Assembly: GCA_963666275.2 (NCBI GenBank)
Contig: CAXXOA010000002.1
Location: 832,001-896,000 of the forward strand
Source: Oceanispirochaeta sp.
GTDB taxonomy: Bacteria; Spirochaetota; Spirochaetia; DSM-2461
Reading direction: 5' to 3'
DNA length: 64,000 nt
In this document: in pieces, positions 60,393 through 64,000 of the stretch
Layout: each line of letters opens with the position of its first letter
How positions within the stretch are numbered: the stretch's first letter is position 1
The notes under the pieces: model-generated
Database searches by the model: none
What the model was told of the DNA's origin: nothing
Seen by the model: the letters and a program-made list of their open reading frames with translations, nothing else
Translations under genes and position numbers: made by a program

Positions 60393-61379
60393 ATGAAAAC
60401 CAGAGTTTTATGCCTCATCCTCCTATGGTGCCTCTGCTCCCTGTTTCCCGGGGGGCAGGCAGAGGGGGAGGAATCTGCCACTGTCAGAATCCTCTTTATG
60501 CCCGGGGTAGCCGATCCCTTCTACTACTCCCTTGAAAAAGGAGCGAGAACAAAAGCTGATGAACTGGGAATCCCCTTTACCTCCGCACCTTTTCCCTCTG
60601 TATGGGATCCGGATGAACAGATCCTGATCCTGTCCGATGCTGTAAGCCGGGAGGATTATAACCTCGTTATTATCTCTCCCACCGCAAAAGACGCTCTTAT
60701 CGGGCCGCTGAAAACTCTCCATAACCGGGGAGTGAGCATCATAACAGTGGATACAGCCATCGGAGACGGGGATTATTCAGGCAGCAGCGAGTGGAGTTTT
60801 CCCCTGACTCATATAGGCACAGACAACTACGCGGGAGGAGTTCACCTGGCCGAGTATCTGGCGGAACAGGTGCATGAAAAGGGAAAAGTCTATATCAATA
60901 CCACCACCAGGGAGACCTCCACCACCGAAGAGAGAAGAAAAGGGTTCGCCGACGGGATTGCCCGTTTTCCCGAGATGGAACTGGTCCGGACCGATTACAA
61001 CGGGGACCGGCAGGAGGTGGCGGCAGAACAGACTCTTCAGGCCCTTCTGGCTTTTCCGGAGCTTGTGGGAATCTGCGGCACCAATGTTTTCAGCAGCCAG
61101 GGGGTTGCCGATGCCGTTTCCGGAACAGGACTGTCCGGGGCCGTCAAAATTGCCGCCTGGGATGCCACCGAGTCTCTTATAGAGGGGCTCAGGAACGGGG
61201 AGGTGGATGTTATCATGTCCCAGAAACCGGGAGACATAGGGGCTCTTGCCGTGGAATGGGCCTACAAATATCTGATAGAAGGAAGTAGGATTCCCGGAAG
61301 GATTACCTCGGGTTCCATCCTCTTTACCCCCTCCAATCTGAATGACCCTGCTGTCAGTCAGTATATCTATACCCGCTAG
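60393..61379 (+). CDS. Sugar-binding periplasmic protein (RbsB-like), likely a sensor partner
   Basis: DPFY, VDT, IGTDNY.GG, ERRKGF and AWD; no transporter genes adjacent. Confidence 0.85.
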   Translation: MKTRVLCLILLWCLCSLFPGGQAEGEESATVRILFMPGVADPFYYSLEKGARTKADELGIPFTSAPFPSVWDPDEQILILSDAVSREDYNLVIISPTAKDALIGPLKTLHNRGVSIITVDTAIGDGDYSGSSEWSFPLTHIGTDNYAGGVHLAEYLAEQVHEKGKVYINTTTRETSTTEERRKGFADGIARFPEMELVRTDYNGDRQEVAAEQTLQALLAFPELVGICGTNVFSSQGVADAVSGTGLSGAVKIAAWDATESLIEGLRNGEVDVIMSQKPGDIGALAVEWAYKYLIEGSRIPGRITSGSILFTPSNLNDPAVSQYIYTR

Positions 61380-61394
61380 GACGGCTGAGACCCT

Positions 61395-63458
61395 ATGAAA
61401 CTTTTCCCCAAACTGGTCCTGGCCATTTCGCTTCTTATCCTTGTACAGGCTTTTACTACGGGAGTTCTTGTGAGCCGGTCGGTCAGGAGCAGCAACAGGG
61501 AAGACTCGCTTGTGGAGCTGAGAAAAGAGTCGTCTGTGATGCAGAATAATTTCCACTCCTGGAAAAGGCACCTGTGGAAACAGCTTGTGCGAATTCAGAC
61601 TATGGACACCACGCCCAGCAGGGAGAACCTGACCCTCTCCATGAGGTCTTCCAATGTGGATGCTGTGATTGTCAGATCCGGAGCGGAGGTTTTCACCATT
61701 GAAGCCATAAGTACAACCGGCGACTTTGTTCTGCCTTCTGCGGATGCTCTTCTCGTCTTCTATCCCCATCCCTATATCAGGCTCTACAGGATTGACGGTC
61801 AGTTCTACATGGTCGGAGCTATCTCTCTGAAAGAGTATTCTCCTGTAAAAGATGTTTTTCTTATAAAACATATTAACGGCAGTTTTCTCAGGAACATTGC
61901 CTTCAATAACCGGGGGGCCCTGTTTTTTCATACGGATCAGGAAATCCTTGTCAGCGATATCCCGAACGAACAGCTCCCGGCGGATTCTCTCCACAATGGT
62001 CAGGAGAGTGCCTATACGGAGCAGCTTGACCTGATCCTGAAGGGAACTTCCTACAATGTGGCCAGTGCCAAGTGCGGAGTGACGGGGTATCCCGGACAGG
62101 AGGAGATCGTCTACCTGTCGTCGGTGCTGTCGAACGAACCGTTTTCACGGAGGATCCAGGATGTGGAGAAGGCTGTGCTCACCGTGTCTCTGGCAGCCAT
62201 GCTGATTACTGTGTTCCTGAGTATGCTGATTTCCCGGGGGATCACAAAGCCTGTTATCCTGCTGGCACGAGCTATGGAGGATCTGAAAAGCGGCAATTTC
62301 GGTGTCCGTCTTCGGAATCCCCCCGGCGATGAGATCGGCATCCTTCTGCGGGGGTTCAATGATATGTCCGAAACCCTCTCTCAGGATCAGCTTGCCATTG
62401 AACGTTCTCTCCATGAGATCACTTTTCTCAACATGTACAATGAAAAGGTTATTAACTCCATCAGGGCCGCCATCGTCGTGGTGAATGAATCGAGAACCAT
62501 CGAGAAGTCCAACCATTTCTTTCAGACCCAGTTCCCAGAAGCGGAAAAGGGATCTCTTCCCTTTGACAGTTCCGTTCTGAATGAGATTGATCAGATTGTC
62601 CGGGGGAGGAAGGAGTTTCATATTCAGCGTTTCAGGGGAAAGGATCAGAGGGTTTATGAGCTGAAAATCTACCCCCTTCAGAGAGACAGCAGAAACGGAG
62701 GAGTCAAAAATCTGGCTGTTCTGCTTCTGGAGGATATTTCTGAAAAAAATGCCTACGAGGAGAAAATCTTCCAGGCGGAAAAACTGACCTCTGTGAGTAT
62801 GCTCTCCGCCGGGATTGCCCATGAGATCAATAATCCTCTCTCTTCGATTCTGACAAATGTTCAGAATCTGATTTACGACGAACAGGATGAGGAGTCTCTG
62901 GACACTCTCCGGCTGGTGGAGAATGAGACTCTCCGGATTGCCAGAATTATCCGGGATCTTCTGGATTTTACTTCTCAGGAGCAGAATGAAACCATCAGTG
63001 TGAATCCCCTCTCGGCGGCGGAAGAAGTTATCCGGCTGATTCAGCACGCGGGCCATGCCAGGGGCCGGGGAATCTCTCCTCTGAAAATTGAATGTCCCTT
63101 TTCTCCGGGCAGTGTTACAATATCCAAGGGTGAACTGATGCAGGTTTTTATCAATCTTATTCAGAACGCTCTTCATGCCAGCAGAGGAGAGGATCCTGTG
63201 GTGCTCCGCTTTGGCAGGGAAGAGTCGGGGTTTCTGACGATTTCTGTCAGAGACAGGGGGGAAGGCATCCCCGATGAGCTGCTGACCCGGGTCTTCGACC
63301 CGTTTTTTACAACAAAAGCCAATGGAGAGGGCACGGGATTGGGGCTTTCCGTGGTTTACGGGATCATCATGAAATACAACGGCACAATCCGGATTGACAG
63401 CACTCCCGGCAGGGGGACGGAGGTGATTTTTCAATTGCCTCTGGAAGGATCATTGTAG
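61395..63458 (+). CDS. HAMP/PAS sensor histidine kinase (NtrB type)
   Basis: AGIAHEINNPL, NLIQNA, DRGEGI and FDPFFTTK..GTGLGL. Confidence 0.93.
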   Translation: MKLFPKLVLAISLLILVQAFTTGVLVSRSVRSSNREDSLVELRKESSVMQNNFHSWKRHLWKQLVRIQTMDTTPSRENLTLSMRSSNVDAVIVRSGAEVFTIEAISTTGDFVLPSADALLVFYPHPYIRLYRIDGQFYMVGAISLKEYSPVKDVFLIKHINGSFLRNIAFNNRGALFFHTDQEILVSDIPNEQLPADSLHNGQESAYTEQLDLILKGTSYNVASAKCGVTGYPGQEEIVYLSSVLSNEPFSRRIQDVEKAVLTVSLAAMLITVFLSMLISRGITKPVILLARAMEDLKSGNFGVRLRNPPGDEIGILLRGFNDMSETLSQDQLAIERSLHEITFLNMYNEKVINSIRAAIVVVNESRTIEKSNHFFQTQFPEAEKGSLPFDSSVLNEIDQIVRGRKEFHIQRFRGKDQRVYELKIYPLQRDSRNGGVKNLAVLLLEDISEKNAYEEKIFQAEKLTSVSMLSAGIAHEINNPLSSILTNVQNLIYDEQDEESLDTLRLVENETLRIARIIRDLLDFTSQEQNETISVNPLSAAEEVIRLIQHAGHARGRGISPLKIECPFSPGSVTISKGELMQVFINLIQNALHASRGEDPVVLRFGREESGFLTISVRDRGEGIPDELLTRVFDPFFTTKANGEGTGLGLSVVYGIIMKYNGTIRIDSTPGRGTEVIFQLPLEGSL

Positions 63459-64000
63459 ATGAATATTCTCATAGCGGACGATGAAAAAGGAATTCAGAAC
63501 GGCCTTTCCAGACTGTTTTCCAGAGAGGGATTCGGTGTTTTTGCCGCCGGTGATTATGATCAGGCCCTGAAAATTGTCAGAGAGAATGAAATACAGGCCG
63601 CTCTGATCGATATCCGTCTGGGCAGCGGGGACGGAACGGCCCTTCTGAAAGAGATCATGAAAACCGATCAGGATACGGTATGCATCATGATTACAGGGTA
63701 TGCCAGCATCAACAGTGCTGTCGAGGCAATGCGGCTGGGAGCTGCAGACTATCTTATGAAGCCCCTGGATAATACCAAACTCCTGCAGAGTGTGCGTTCC
63801 AGAATCGAGATCCGCAAACTGAGGCATGAGAACTCCTTCCTCCGGTCTGAACTGGAGAATATGCGAGACAGGATTCCCTTTCTGTTCCGGGATCCCCGGA
63901 TGGGTGAGATCAGAGAACTGGCCGACAGGGTCAAGGATACGGATGTGACCATTCTTGTCGGAGGGGAGAGCGGCACGGGAAAAGAGGTACTGAGCCGGTA
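63459..64000 (+). CDS. NtrC-family sigma54 response regulator (3'-truncated, not in the ORF track)
   Basis: ATG directly after the kinase stop. MNILIADDE...IDIRL...MITGY...GAADYLMKP...[10 protein letters not shown]. Confidence 0.93.
   Translation, partial: MNILIADDEKGIQNGLSRLFSREGFGVFAAGDYDQALKIVRENEIQAALIDIRLGSGDGTALLKEIMKTDQDTVCIMITGYASINSAVEAMRLGAADYLMKPLDNTKLLQSVRSRIEIRKLRHENSFLRSELENMRDRIPFLFRDPRMGEIRELADRVKDTDVTILVGGESGTGKEVLSR

Overview
Gene-dense bacterial chromosomal window. The Cys-less 'F/S-x-(G)G-Q-x-E' N-termini of the solute-binding proteins and the gene content suggest a free-living spirochaete, but this is inference. I saw no rRNA, tRNA, CRISPR array or transposase. Left to right: 3' end of feoB plus its small Cys-rich partner; EamA; MscS; a 7TM-GGDEF cyclase; a mannitol dehydrogenase; YkgJ-like and UPF0489-like proteins; a small acidic ORF behind a strongly structured ~190-nt leader; a vWA lipoprotein; lacZ/AraC; a TetR-linked catabolic cluster (two VAO/PCMH-type flavoproteins around a CCG/4Fe-4S protein, a SauS-like acylating aldehyde dehydrogenase and an orphan acyl-CoA carboxyltransferase); a sigma54 module (PAS-bEBP, GntP permease, SnoaL, cupin); an HD-GYP remnant; an AGCS symporter; a 7TM kinase and pseudokinase pair opposite a REC-PP2C phosphatase; an OmpR two-component system opposite a putative haem-b/flavodoxin-like/NOX-like redox operon; a LacI polyol (xylitol-type) ABC/xylB operon; modABC under a sigma54 promoter; a DtxR regulator; a metallopeptidase-propeller-barrel outer-membrane protein; cidA/lrgB; an unannotated sigma54-driven 52-aa peptide; and an SBP-HK-NtrC three-component system cut by the window edge. 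The best candidates for undescribed biology are the flavoprotein/CCG/ALDH/carboxyltransferase pathway, the structured RNA at 9237-9420, the kinase/pseudokinase/PP2C module, the NOX-like operon and the sigma54 small protein. All family calls come from motif recognition by eye; no searches were run.
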